NCBI RefSeq assembly: GCF_006345805.1 | Contig: NC_043001.1 | Span: 8,122,001 to 8,186,000 of the forward strand | DNA length: 64,000 nt | Reading direction: 5' to 3' | Source of the DNA: Octopus sinensis | Lineage: Eukaryota | Program-made: the position numbers and the translations under genes | Notes under the pieces: model-generated | Told to the model about the DNA's origin: nothing | The model's input: only the letters and a program-made list of their open reading frames with translations | Databases searched by the model: none | Shown: positions 1 through 13,001 of the stretch, piece by piece | Numbering within the stretch: the first letter of the stretch is position 1 | Layout: each line of letters starts with the position of its first letter

Positions 1-240
1 AACATTTCTTTTGTTATGACGTTGGCAGAGTCATAATCATTGTATCTCCTGAGTATATGTGCATACGAAATAGCAATTTTATATCTGACAGAGTTCATGG
101 AACAAAGCTTCATTTCATTTTTGTGTGTTCAAACAATTTAAAATAATGTAGGAATGTTAATTTCGACAAGTGTGATTATATATCACGCTATCTTTTAAAC
201 TTCATAAAACTATATTACTGGTTTGTATTTTGTCCTCTAG

Positions 241-350
241 AAACTGATAAGAAAAGTGAACGATTACAAGAACAGATATGCGATATAATTTATACGTTTC
301 GCAGAAAACCTGATCTCAGTATTACCATGAAGGGATTCTCTTACGCATAA
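241..350 (+). CDS. Candidate terminal coding exon of an unidentified upstream gene: (E)TDKKSERLQEQICDIIYTFRRKPDLSITMKGFSYA*
   Basis: Polypyrimidine acceptor ttttgtcctctAG ends at 240; phase-1 frame open 243-350 ending TAA; AATAAA at 421-426. No homology recognised. Confidence 0.25.
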
Positions 351-1613
351 AGATCACGCTCCACATCTTTTATTCTATAAGTCATTGAAAGTAAATCGTC
401 ACACTATCCAGATGAAAAACAATAAAGGGGATTTATGTAACAAGTCAAATATTTTTCCAACACTTTTCAAGCTTTAAAATTCTGTGTTTCTGAGCCAAAA
501 GTCATTCCTCACGTTGTGAAAGTTGGGTAGACTTTTTTGAATGTGCACCAAAGATACGAGGTAGGAAGCAATTCGTTGTAACATCTATTCAAGCACGATT
601 TTAAATAGAAAGATGCAAGATCCTTCACGTTCCCGTAGCACCCTATAATATGGTTATGGTGCAACACTTTACGTACCATTGCAGAATATCATTCATTACT
701 TCGAGGTACCGCATATCTCTGACAAAATATATATTGTGAATGTTCCGATTTCTTTTATTTTTTTTTAATGCTGTCGTTTAGACCGAGATAAGCCTCACCC
801 TAAAGCGAAAAGTTATAAGAATAATGTAATTCCATCTATAACTGTATTTCTGTAGCTCTGAAAAGTTGCGATTTAAAAGATTTGTCTGTCATCCCTATTA
901 GACCGTCCGACATATTAAACTTTATTTCATGGTTGCTTTTACTAAATCACTATAAAGAGACGTTGCTCAAGGGTGAAACTCTGTTTAATTTAGTTTAGGA
1001 ATTACTATTTCAATGTAATTTGCTTTTCAACATAATAATAAGATACGTTTTTAGACTCTACAAACACAAACGTTATGTTAGACTCACGTAGATGATGAAT
1101 TAACAGTTTTATTGATTGTATTTCAGTTAAAATGTCCAGCAATACCCAGGACACCTGATCAACAGACAATTACTCTGGATGACCATTGTCTGTATACAGC
1201 TGTTTAGAAAGTATTCGCTAATGATGTTTGGGAATATAATCTAAAAGTATCAAGCGCGCTGCACTGTGCGAGCAAACAACGTTTAGCGTATGAATTGTTG
1301 TAAATACAATTTCACCCTTCATCATCTCTCCAGAAAAAAACACACATTTTTGAACATATGGACATGTAAGGTTTCATTTCACAGGATATTTCTAGCGTTG
1401 GAATATACAAATATATATGCTTGTGTGTGTATGCAACTGTGCGTGAACGCCAGTCAGCATAAAAAACTCTCTCTCTCTCTCTCTCTCTCTCGCTCCTTTA
1501 CTCACACAAACACACACACAAGCACACGCAACACAAACACACGCACAAGCTCACACATACAACCAAACAAACACACACACACATGCTTAGAGATATCGCA
1601 GTTTTATTTGATA

Positions 1614-1911
1614 CTAGCAGTATCGCCCGGCGTTGCTCGGGTTTGTAAGGGAAATAACTATATAAGCATTTTAGAGAGTTACTTCCCTTATATAATAGCA
1701 AAAAAATGCATTGAAAATGGGGAAAAATGATAGTAATTTTTTTTTTAAATCGTAGACTCATTGTAGACGCGCGCTAATACCCAGAAGGGCTCGATATGAA
1801 TCACGACTATAAGATACCCGGTTTTGGTTAAACTGCACCGCAAAATGTGGGAGTAGTTAGGAATCTAAATCGTAGGAGACAGACACACAGGTTCACTTTT
1901 ATATATAAAGA
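1614..1911 (-). mobile_element. Non-autonomous Helitron, body type 1
   Basis: On minus strand: A|TC start (TCTTTATATATAAAAGTG), subterminal hairpin CCCGAGCAACGCCGGG, 3' end CTAG followed by T, no TSD. Same 3' terminus as 8925-9289 and 58063-58441. Confidence 0.75.
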
Positions 1912-3242
1912 TATGTATTTGAAAGTATAATTGCAGTAACCAATCTTCTTTTTACCGATACTGCCTGACATATGTATTTTGTGGCCTTAACTTATTTAAG
2001 GAGATGTTTGATAAGTAGCTACAACAAAAATCACTGGTAGCATACCACAAATATCTTGGTTTTGGAACTGTTTTATGCAATGCAATATACAGGTTGCGTA
2101 ATATATTTGAGGACAGGAGCGTAGGTCAACGAACTTTGTATTATTCATAATGCATAGATTCAGATGATTCTCAATTTATTCTGTATACTTTTGCGAGACG
2201 CAGGATCACAATTCATCGAGAAGTGAATTTTATTTACGATTAATGATCCCGCAGATGTATAGTTTCGGAACATTTGGTGGATTGTTACACCTTACACAAA
2301 TCTTCATTTTCCGCACAGGATTACAGGAAATAACTAACTCGGGAAATTCAGCTAATTTAATGCATGCATTTCCAAAATTTCTTCTGACGCGGTAACACCG
2401 GATCGTTTTACCTTGAGTTTACTTACCTATAACAAATTTAGAATGGCTGACTTCTATTTTTATTACATATACATAGAGATAACTAAATTGCAATAGAGAC
2501 AGTCTCGTCTATATCTACGTATAACTAAGTAATATATGTTAGATATAAAAATACATATGAATGCCTGGAATTGTTTTATACGCATATCGATATAAGCAAA
2601 ATGGAGGACAATCATTCTTAGAAACCGAAAAATAACTTACAAGAGTCATTTGTTCGTCAGAGCAAATTTAGCGATTCAACTTGTTTCAAAAAAATTAATG
2701 TATTTTATTTTTATTCGTAAAAACTGATCTGCGAGTAATAACGTATACATCAGTTGGAAACATGAAATAGAATATTATTTTTATGTGTTGAAATATCAGT
2801 CGTTTTTACATTACTAATGCGATTTACTTTTAGTTAGAATGGAAACGGTACTATATTTTCAAAGAATTCATTATCCGTAACCTGCTAGGATAGAATCCTT
2901 TTGTTGATATCCAAATATCAAAGTGCAATTTGTAATTTAGAATCTGAATTTATGAGTTGCATCGTGTTGGCTCATAACAAGATCATCAATGATCATAGAG
3001 TCTTTGTTGATATTAGTTCATTCTTTTCAGGCAGTTATATAGATTTATTTTGAAGGTATAACTTTTCACATATTTAAAAAAAAAATGGAAGTTTAAATTG
3101 TAATAGATAACTACGTCTACTGAATACACACCCGAGTATTGCCTCAAGGTTCTACCTCATAATACAAGTCAATAAACTTGCTCTTGCTTCTATATATTAC
3201 TTGCTAATCGCTACTCAGCTAAATGCAGAGTCGGTCAAGCAT

Positions 3243-3820
3243 CAGGTTGAGCTGGCAGAAACGTTAGCACGCCGGGCAAAATGCTAAGCAGTATTTCGTC
3301 TGCCGCTACGTTCTGCGTTCAAATTCCGCCGAGGTCGACTTTGCCTGTCATCTTTTCGTGGCCGATTAAATAAGTACCAGTTACGCGCTGGGATCGATAT
3401 AATCGACTTAATCCGTTTGTCTGTCCTTGTTTGTCCTCACTGTGTTTAGCCCCTTGTGGGTAGTAAAGAAATAGTTATTTCGTCTGCCGCTACGTTCTGA
3501 GTTCAAATTCCGCCGAGGTCGACATTGCCTTTCATCCTTTCGGGGTCGACTAAATAAGTACCAATTACGCACTGGGGTCGATATTATCGACATAATCCGT
3601 TTGTCTGTCCTTGTTTGTCCTCTCTGTGTTTAGCCCCTTGTGGGTAGTAAAGAAATAGTTATTTCGTCTGCCGCTACGTTCTGAGTTCAAATTCTGCCGA
3701 GGTCGACATTGCCTTTCATTCTTACGGCTCGATAAAATAAGAACCAATGGTATACTGGAGTCGATGTAAATCATTTTCCCCCTCCTCCAAATTTCACGCC
3801 TTATGCCTTTAGTAGAATAT
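3243..3820 (+). mobile_element. tRNA-derived SINE family A: head plus three tandem ~184-bp body units, the last with an alternative tail
   Basis: A-box-like GAGCTGGCAGAA and B-box-like GTTCAAATTCC; unit TATTTCGTCTG...GTAAAGAAATAG starts at 3292, 3476 and 3660. Confidence 0.85.
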
Positions 3821-4012
3821 ATTATTATTATTATTCTTTTTGTTCATTACGTGAATGTACGTGCGTTTACATCACTATTCCATTTCGCTTATTGAATTTA
3901 AAAACAGAAATTGAAGTATTACTGATAATTCCGTAGCATAGTAAAATTAATCTGTACTCGAATGTTAGCACACCCTGTACGTGTGTGTATGTATATATAT
4001 ATATATATATAA

Positions 4013-4043
<31 letters not shown>

Positions 4044-4048
4044 ATATT

Positions 4049-4290
4049 AGGGAATGAATCCAAATTTACAGGGAAATAATCAGATTTAGGATTAAATCCA
4101 ATTTTATAGTAAAATATTATATAATATTAATTAGAGTCAAAACCACTATTTTGCAAAACAAACAAGGAAAGACTTAATCAATACATAAAATTTTATTAAA
4201 AAGTAAAAAAAATTAAAAAACCGCCACTACAATTGTTTCATGTCTTCTAATGACAATCTTCAGGTGGATTTCCGATTTTCAAATCAGTTT
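4049..4290 (-). mobile_element. Penelope-LTR-like repeat carrying a hammerhead motif
   Basis: Short island bounded by microsatellites that contains the hammerhead at 4224-4267; assignment to Penelope-like elements is by analogy. Confidence 0.5.
4224..4267 (-). ncRNA. Minimal type I hammerhead ribozyme candidate with intact core
   Basis: RNA: CCAC CUGAAGA U UGUC AUUAGAA GACA U GAA ACAAUUGU A GUGG. Stem I 4 bp, stem II 4 bp with a U.U at its base, stem III an 8-nt palindrome, GUA triplet. Confidence 0.7.
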
Positions 4291-4292
4291 CA

Positions 4293-4338
<46 letters not shown>

Positions 4339-4339
4339 A

Positions 4340-4469
4340 TGTCATGCTGTACCGCTGAAATCTACAGTTCTTTTTCATTCTCTATATTTTCTCTTATTCC
4401 TTTCTATGGAAGACAGTAGGATCGACACATAACATCCTTTTACATTTCCCCGAATGTCAAACTAATACA

Positions 4470-4472
<3 letters not shown>
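4340..4472 (+). mobile_element. Degenerate Penelope LTR copy, same family as the 13225-13400 terminus; hammerhead eroded
   Basis: ttctatggaagacagtaggatcgacacataacatcc...gtcaaactaatacacc aligns by eye with the reverse complement of 13255-13335. Confidence 0.5.
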
Positions 4473-4510
<38 letters not shown>

Positions 4511-4610
4511 TAATCTCATTGCTATTGCGTAGTGTTTTAATAAAGTATATGATTCGGCATTATCTGATAGTTGATGATTGATTTAGATATATTTCTCCAT
4601 TTTCTCATTT

Positions 4611-4665
<55 letters not shown>

Positions 4666-5887
4666 CTATACTGATAAATATTGTTTTCACAAACTTTTAC
4701 ACGTCCATATCAATATTGCAGCTGAACTTTGATATGCCAATAATGTTTGTCGACCCTTCCTATTCTCTGCATTTTCTATCATAAACACAGTGTCGTGATA
4801 TAATGCTGCAGCACATAAGAACATATTCGCCAAATGTGTACATATTAAAGATGCTCTGTATCGCTGTGTTATTCTATTTTAAATTTTCGAATTAATTTTT
4901 TCTCTATAATTAACGTTGCATAATTTTCCTAAATATGTACACAATGCTAGTGTTTTCAGTTAAGAATATACATATCACGAACGAAATCTAGTGACAAAAT
5001 AAATTGAAGCATAGAATCATTCTATAATATTATTTCATGAACATGAATCTGATTTCGTTTTGGGTTACAATGCAATTTTTACCAGAAAATTAATTTAAAT
5101 ATTTATATCACGTATCTATGTCCTATACTTACAAAATTGCATAACTTAGTACTTTGTACGATTTTGAATAAATAGAAACTGACGTCTATGATAGAATTCC
5201 TGTTATAGACGAGTAGAATAATATATAGATTATTGACAAGTGGTTTTACTGTGGATGTTCAGATGTACGAAACAGCTCTAATATCGTCTTACAATTATCA
5301 CTAAAGCGTGTAATAACTTCACTTAATTATAAGCCATACATTCAAAAGAATTGCTGCACGGAAGCTTCAGAGACAGCATGTTGTTGTAGATACAAATGCT
5401 TTATATTTATTTACTTAGAAAAGAATTTGCACGAAGGTAACTTAAGCAAAATTACACTAGAATTTACTTAGCAAATATTTTACAACTAACGCAAGATTCA
5501 TTGGAAATGTATATATTGAAACAAGTAATGAGGTGTATTGATCATTACAATTGCATGTTATTATCTGTTTGTGTCGAATCACTTGAATTATGGCCATATT
5601 TTCGTTGTTAACACGTTGCCTGTTGAGAATCTCATTACCATTCCCTTTTACGTTGATCTCTGATGGTTTACGCTCTCCTGCACAAAACGAATGTTGACTT
5701 ACTTTCGGTTCTATTTAAAACACAATTCATATATACACAAGACATGTATATAAGTGTGTTTCTGCGTGCATGTCTTAGTGTGTGTACGTGATTTTGTAAG
5801 TATATGTGGCGTGTGTGTGCCTGTGTGTAACGTAATATCACAAGAGTATCCATATATGTAAAAATACCTGAAAACACGCACGCATGT

Positions 5888-5959
<72 letters not shown>

Positions 5960-6765
5960 CGTATACATACGAAACTCTACAAATAGTGATTGCAGAGTTT
6001 ATGGAAGCGTGGAACTTATATTTATATTGCCATGTTTGTACGTGTTGATTGTCTTGTAGTCTCTTAGCTATTCGGACATGCTAGACATACTTTTAAAACG
6101 CAATAACAAATATTACTCTCTTTTTTTTTGTAAAATTCGCTGAATTTATATTCCAACTACAAGTTATGGATCTATTTATACACAAACAACCAGAGCCATG
6201 AGTGTGTGTTTGTTTTTGTGTGAGTATGCGAGTGTGTTTGCATGTGTTTATGTCTGTGTGTGATTGTGTGTGTACATGTGTGTGCATAGATATATAATTG
6301 CCTGTACTGATTCATCCGTACATGATTATATTATACGATGTGTCAACTTAAGTGCATCAGCTAATACATAAAGTAGAGGTTTTCAATACAATCGATAAAG
6401 TTTGTAACTGAAAGAAGAGCAGAAATACAGACTAAAATAAAAGAGATAATTTACTGTTCGAACTAGAGACCACAAAAGCCTCCATTATTGAAAGTGATTA
6501 AGTAAATTTACTTCACAGTATGTGCATAATCCATATCTCTCTAAGCATTTAAAGAGTTACAAAGCGAAGCCCAGCGGGGACCGAAAGACATCGTGATATT
6601 TCATCTACAAAGGAGTGGGGGGTTACAATTTTACATGCCCTACAAAATATTACATGGCTTGGAAAATTTGAAATATTTTTAAAAATGAAGATGATAGGCA
6701 CCTTGGTAAGATAGATACATACAACGGGTACGTCTGAGTTGGGGTTTATATATATATATAAACAC

Positions 6766-6925
6766 AGGAGGGGCTGTGTGGTAAGAAGCTTACTTACCAA
6801 CCACATGGTTCCGGGTTCAGTCCCACAGCGTGGCACCTTTGGCAAGTGTCTACTGCTATAGCCTCGGGCCGACCAAAAGCCTTGGAGTAGATTTGTGAGA
6901 CGGAAACTGAAAGAAGCCTGTTGTA

Positions 6926-6988
<63 letters not shown>

Positions 6989-7067
6989 ATATATGTGTGT
7001 GTGTGTATATATGTGTGTGTGTGTGTGTATGTATGTATATATGTACATGTATGTATGTATGTATATA

Positions 7068-7104
<37 letters not shown>

Positions 7105-7163
7105 ATATATGTGTGTGTGTGTGTATGTATGTATATATGTACATGTATGTATGTATGTATATA

Positions 7164-7226
<63 letters not shown>

Positions 7227-7259
7227 ATGTATGTATATATGTACATGTATGTATGTATG

Positions 7260-7304
<45 letters not shown>

Positions 7305-7359
7305 GTGTATATATGTGTGTGTGTGTATGTATGTATATATGTACATGTATGTATGTATG

Positions 7360-7392
<33 letters not shown>

Positions 7393-7608
7393 TGTGTGTT
7401 TGCGTGTGTGTGTTTGTCCCCCGTCATCGCTTGACAACAGATGCAGGTGTGTTTACGTCCCCGTAACTTAGCGGTTCGGCAAAAGTGCCTGATTGAAGAA
7501 GTACTAGGCTTACATAGAATAAGTTCTTGGGTCGATTTGCCCGACTAAAAGCGGTGCTCCAGCATGGCCGCAGTCAAATGACTGAAAAAAGTAAAAGAGT
7601 AAAGAGAC
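6766..7608 (+). mobile_element. tRNA-derived SINE family E (CORE-like body) with an expanded internal (TA)/(TG) microsatellite
   Basis: A box GGCTGTGTGGTAAG, B box GGTTCAGTCCC, internal microsatellite 6922-7410, tail CCAGCATGGCCGCAGTCAAATGACTGAAA plus GTAAAAGA-type repeats. Second copy at 42312-42745. Confidence 0.85.
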
Positions 7609-7611
7609 ATG

Positions 7612-7642
<31 letters not shown>

Positions 7643-7685
7643 TCACACAAACATTTATACAATATGTATATGTATATATATACAT

Positions 7686-7750
<65 letters not shown>

Positions 7751-7807
7751 ATATATATATATATAAATGCATTTATATATATATACATAAACACACCTAT
7801 ATATATA

Positions 7808-8015
7808 TGTGACCACGTATGTATCGTTGGCGATTTCTTTTCCTCCGTCTTCCCTTCCTGGGATCTTTCCTTTTCCTATGTCTCTGACGAAGGGCTCCAC
7901 TGGAAACGTTAAATCCTCCTTCTTTATTTTCTTTCCTGAGCGTCCAATAATACTATACCTGTTCCACACCCTGGAGTTGTGATTTCCCTTCGTGTTTTCA
8001 TGCTTGGATTAACTA
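7808..8015 (+). mobile_element. Penelope-LTR-like repeat in (TA)n with a degenerate hammerhead (7880-7914)
   Basis: GUCU CUGACGA A GGGC UCC ACUG GAA ACGU U AAAU; stem II is broken. Homologous to 52295-52498 and 53283-53450. Confidence 0.7.
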
Positions 8016-8020
8016 TATAT

Positions 8021-8061
<41 letters not shown>

Positions 8062-8924
8062 GTATGCACGTACATACATTTTATATATATACGCATACAC
8101 TACTCGAATATAGGAATACAAATATTGGAGAATTTCAAAATGGATATACTTGTGAATAAAATTTCAATAATTTATAATATTTACCTACAGAACTTATACT
8201 ACATATCATAATATCAGTACAGACGTTATATATTCACTATATTTAACTGTTTACACTTAAAAAAAACATACTTATATATATCAACTTTTATCTTACACTG
8301 TACAACAACGTTTGCGGTGTCCTTGGCATGAATAATGCGTCAGATACACTTCTGATCATCTATGTTATAATCAGTGTATAACATGAAATCGGTATGTTGT
8401 ACAAGAGACAGGTGTATGCTATTATTCAAACAACGAATTACAAAAACTTTATATATTGTTTGATAGGAAATAAGTATTATGATTAAAGAATATATTAACA
8501 TAATACTCAACACGGTAAACAAAAACTCTACAAGAACTAATATAAAGTATCAAACTATGTGTACATATTTCGAAATATATCAAACGTATGAAAAATAAAC
8601 AATGGAACGGATATTCTAGTAGTTAATCATTTATGAATTTCACATACTATCAAAGACTTTGCGTCCAACAATTAAGTGAAAAGTTTCTAAAACGTATTAA
8701 TGTTAATTGTTTGTAGTGTCGGCAGAAGAAAGCCAGCAATACTGCAGTTCGTTCCTTCCATCCGCCTAATAATAGGCTTGTACCTTATAATACAATAATG
8801 AGAGTATCAAAGATAAACGGAAGCTCTATGATATTTGGACTCTAACAGAAACAGCCAGAAAAATTGCGAAATTTTCAGTCGACGTGCTATCATGTCCACA
8901 ATTCCGTCGCCTGAAATACACTAT

Positions 8925-9289
8925 TCTATACATATAAAGCTGAAGTTGTCAGTGTATGGCAGGTTTGGTAGCCTTGAACTAACACTCTCTCCTCCGAGAG
9001 CCTGCGGCGCAAGTTGACCAAAATTGAGAGCATGATAGAAGGCTTGCTCTTCAAATCGGATCATGTTAAAACCAAAAGTTATTTACATCAAAAAGGTACA
9101 TTTTTTCTATGAAAATCCCTATTTTTTACGATTTTTTCACTGCTGTGTCTCCATTTATCGGTGTATTTCAACCAGGAAATGTTCACTTAAAGAGAATAAC
9201 AAGCTACAAAATGGAAATTTTTTATTTTTCAAAAATTCCAATTTTAAAGGGTCGAAACAAACCCGAGCAACGCCGGGAGATACTACTAG
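8925..9289 (+). mobile_element. Non-autonomous Helitron, body type 2
   Basis: TC start, CCCGAGCAACGCCGGG hairpin, CTAG|T end at 9286-9290; near full-length homologue at 58063-58441. Confidence 0.75.
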
Positions 9290-10495
9290 TAATATTATAA
9301 AGAGCAGCAGAAATCTACAGTAATGGAAAACTATAGATGCTAAATGTATCTAGAAAAATTACACAATGATTGATTCACCCAACGTCATATTATGAATCTT
9401 TTTTTTCTGTATATGACAAAACCATATCTTATATATTGTTTTAGATATTCCTCGCAAATAAAACCAACAAACAATAAGAACACAAGCTGCGGCAACGTAA
9501 CATTTCGATGTGTAAATTCCAAACCCTTTTCTCACAGGTTCATTTAACGCAAACACGCGTTTTATGCTTGCACTTGTCTTGATAGACATATACACCTTGG
9601 TTTAGTTGCTGTGAAAAACAGTGCTATAGATATTGGTCTTTCCAGTGATGAGGGGTAAACTACAGCTTTAATTATGAATGGACAACAATTCTAGATATAT
9701 AATGAGTATTTTAGCCCTGTCGTCATAAAAAAATTACTTTATTTATTCAAGTCAAGTCATTTAGAAATGTCTTGAGTTTCAATAAATGTTACAAATAAAT
9801 TCCCTGTAAAGCAGAAACCAATATACGCCACACAAGTGCGTTTAAATAATTTTTCTTTTTCTAGAAATTATCTGATAATACTCACCCATATAGTAATATT
9901 CAGTCACATAAAAATTAATACTTTGCTTTGTGAGTATATCTGTAAATTAAAATATAGATTTGGGAATATAATGTGAAATGGATAATTCTGAGAAACATTA
10001 GACAAGAGGTCTCTTCGTGGTTTTAACTCGAGTATAAACTAGTTATTATTGTCTGTAATGAAGAAGAATATTTGCAACTTGAACGAGCCGTATCACTTAA
10101 GTAAATAATTATGCCAAAATTTGCATTACTTTCCTCAAACTGTTGAATATAAATTTGTGTGTGTAAGTGCGTGTGCCTCTGATTCTGTGCTTGTGACATT
10201 TTATATTCATATATGTATACACGTGTGTCTGATAATGTGAATATTATGCAAAAAGTGATATCTACTGTCAATTAAATCAAAAAGACAAGGCAATAATTGG
10301 ATTTGTCTCATTTAATATATTCTAAGTATTTTGTTTATGTAAGCTAATATTTATGAGTTTTAAATGAGAATCATTAAAAATTCAATTTCTCAAAACACGA
10401 TAATGTAATATTTGAAAATTTGTGTAGAGCTAATTGCTCAAATATTAAAAGGTGACTACAGATTGTTGGTTAGTACTTGCATAGCTTCTTTCTAG

Positions 10496-10637
10496 GTGAA
10501 ATGATTGTCTGAGTAGATAAAATGGAAGCAAGATGTGACGATCTTTATATGGAGCTAAATTTGTATGGCTTGGACAGCAGTTTCCATTCCTTGAAGCTGA
10601 AGGAATACAAGGAATAAGTGTAGCTCTATATTGTTCG
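10496..10637 (+). other. Candidate non-coding (UTR or lncRNA) exon
   Basis: Acceptor agcttctttctAG at 10495 and donor CG|GTAAGT at 10638; stops in all three frames. Confidence 0.2.
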
Positions 10638-10859
10638 GTAAGTAAATAGCTTCCCTAGCATTAATTCAACATTGATTCACCTTGATGAGATTCTCAACAA
10701 GGCAGATGTTGTTTATTTGACACTGCGCAAAAAAAATCAAATCTTCCTGGGAAAACAATTCTGCTTCACGTCGTGTGGCAAATGCACTTTTTTCTAAAAG
10801 AAAGGTAGAAAGTGACATTGACAGAACTCCAAATATAAAAATGAACATAAACTTTCAGA

Positions 10860-11133
10860 TGACATGGCGACAGTTTCCCGATTTCGTTGGCGTATAGGTT
10901 ACCCATCTTGTCGGGACGCCCATCCGTCACAGGTGAGCTGTTAGATGCAGGAAGAAATAGTGAGAGAAATTTATGGCGACCGTATCAGCAGAAGTTTGCT
11001 TTTATCTTCTGCCGGAGCCGCGTAGAGCTCAGGTGTTTCGCTCATAAACACACACACCGCGCTGTCTGAGATTCGAGCCCGCGATACCTCGATCGCAAGT
11101 TCGCTGCTCTAACCATCAAACCATGTGCTTACA
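10860..11133 (-). mobile_element. tRNA-derived SINE: B-type body plus C-type tail, diverged
   Basis: Homologous to 19455-19740 (GAGCGAAACACCT..AGCTC.ACGCGGCTCCGGCAGAAG, then GGCGTCCCG tail module). Confidence 0.7.
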
Positions 11134-11467
11134 CAGCTAAACTCGATACTTGTATTTATTCTGTAGCCAGGTCACATAATTGTGATGCTTTCTACCACTA
11201 AAAATTGTCTTTGTGCAACATTCGACGAACTTTAATACTGTCTCTTGAATGCAAAACTGTGTTGTGACTCTACACGCAATAATATATATGGATGCTTATA
11301 AATACATGATGTACAACTTTTATAAGGTATAACATATTGCGGGAAAGAGTAAACTGTTTGTTCCCATAGAATATTGTGTGCCACTTGTGTATGTGTTCAT
11401 GCTTTGTTTTTTCCAGAAAATATTAATCTGACATATTGTGGTTTATATAAAGTGAAATCCTGCGTAA

Positions 11468-12245
11468 GGAATGCGGGGCTAATGCAGTTTCGCACCTCCC
11501 CTAGAAATTAAGAGAGATTAAGAAAATGCAAAAAAAAAAAAAAACAAGTAGTTTCACCCAACTACCCCATTCAGTTTTGTCTACTTTCAAGAGATAGATT
11601 GTAGGAAACCGAATATGCAAATAAGCACGTTTACTAAATTTCAAATTCAATAAGCATACAGATATGTGTTTAAAGAGATTGATAGAAATGAATGTCTTCC
11701 TAGGGCTAAAAAAACAGTAACACCGTCTTCTATAGGACCGTCACATTTAGTTGACAAATGTATTTCATAAATAAACAGATAGGGATAAATAGCTAGACAG
11801 ACAAATATATAAATGTATGAAACAGTTCAAAATTGAAAATTGGGGTGGGGGTCAAATTTGAGCCCCTTGTAAAACTTTAACATTAATTATCAAACATATT
11901 CATGTTTGTTTCTCATAACATCGTGCATATTTAATTTACATTAAATTATTATTTACAATTATTTAAGGTAAATTCCTTTCACTCTAATATATTCGTCTAT
12001 ATTTAATGTCGATTTGCATATATTCGTCAATTCGCTACAATCTCTATAAACTAAATTTAATCAAAATTTGAATTAGTGGAGTATGGGTGAAATCATTATT
12101 ATTATTATTATTTTTTTTTTTTTTTTGTTTTTTGCATATTCATAATCTCCGATATCTAAAGGGTAGGAAACCGAAAAAATTATTTTTTAAAACTGCAATT
12201 TTCAAGGGGAGGTGAAAAAGTGCACTAGTCTCGGAAATGCTTCCC
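11468..12245. mobile_element. Old non-autonomous TIR DNA transposon, Kolobok-like termini
   Basis: Imperfect ~45-bp inverted repeats (gcacctcccctagaaatt vs aattttcaaggggaggtg); ends read GTAA|GG...CC|TTAA. Confidence 0.4.
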
Positions 12246-12354
12246 TTAAATACAGTGACAGCTAAGTACTTACGTATCCATAATATTTTATATGTTAACT
12301 TCTTTACTTAAATACACACATTTTCTGTTAATTTTGTCTGTCATTGGGACACAG

Positions 12355-12445
12355 TAATACTAGGGCACCATTTTCAGAAGATTTAGTCGAACGATACGGC
12401 ATCTCAGCTCATTTTTAAAGCGTGGCATTTATTCTGTTGCTAGAT
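12355..12445 (-). mobile_element. Degenerate 3' fragment of SINE family E
   Basis: actagggcacc...tttagtcgaac...tttattct resembles the reverse complement of the family E tail. Confidence 0.35.
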
Positions 12446-12468
12446 TACAGAGAAAGCAAAACAAAATG

Positions 12469-12499
<31 letters not shown>

Positions 12500-12702
12500 T
12501 TAGTCTTTATTATATTTATTCTTAGTCTGCTACTCATGAGTACTCTTTGCCAATTCAGATTCTTAAAATTAATTTATTGTCTTTTCTATGCGAAACGATA
12601 TTATAGCGTTGAGTAATAAAATATTTCATTCCATATTACTAACTAATCTCCTCCAATTTACGAAAGATATAATTGAATTTGTCGAAATTAAATCAAGTAC
12701 TT

Positions 12703-12705
<3 letters not shown>

Positions 12706-12741
<36 letters not shown>

Positions 12742-12781
12742 TATATGTTATATATATATATTAATATATATATATATATAT

Positions 12782-12880
<99 letters not shown>

Positions 12881-12890
12881 ATAATATATT

Positions 12891-12927
<37 letters not shown>

Positions 12928-12954
12928 ACATATATATTTATATATATATATATA

Positions 12955-13001
<47 letters not shown>

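Noticed and set aside
3292-3820. CRISPR-like array
   Set aside because: Eukaryotic SINE tandem units without unique spacers or cas genes.
6549-7812. HT/YI/CV-repeat ORFs, also at 12745, 22440-23659, 53067 and 59567-61253
   Set aside because: Dinucleotide microsatellite artefacts.
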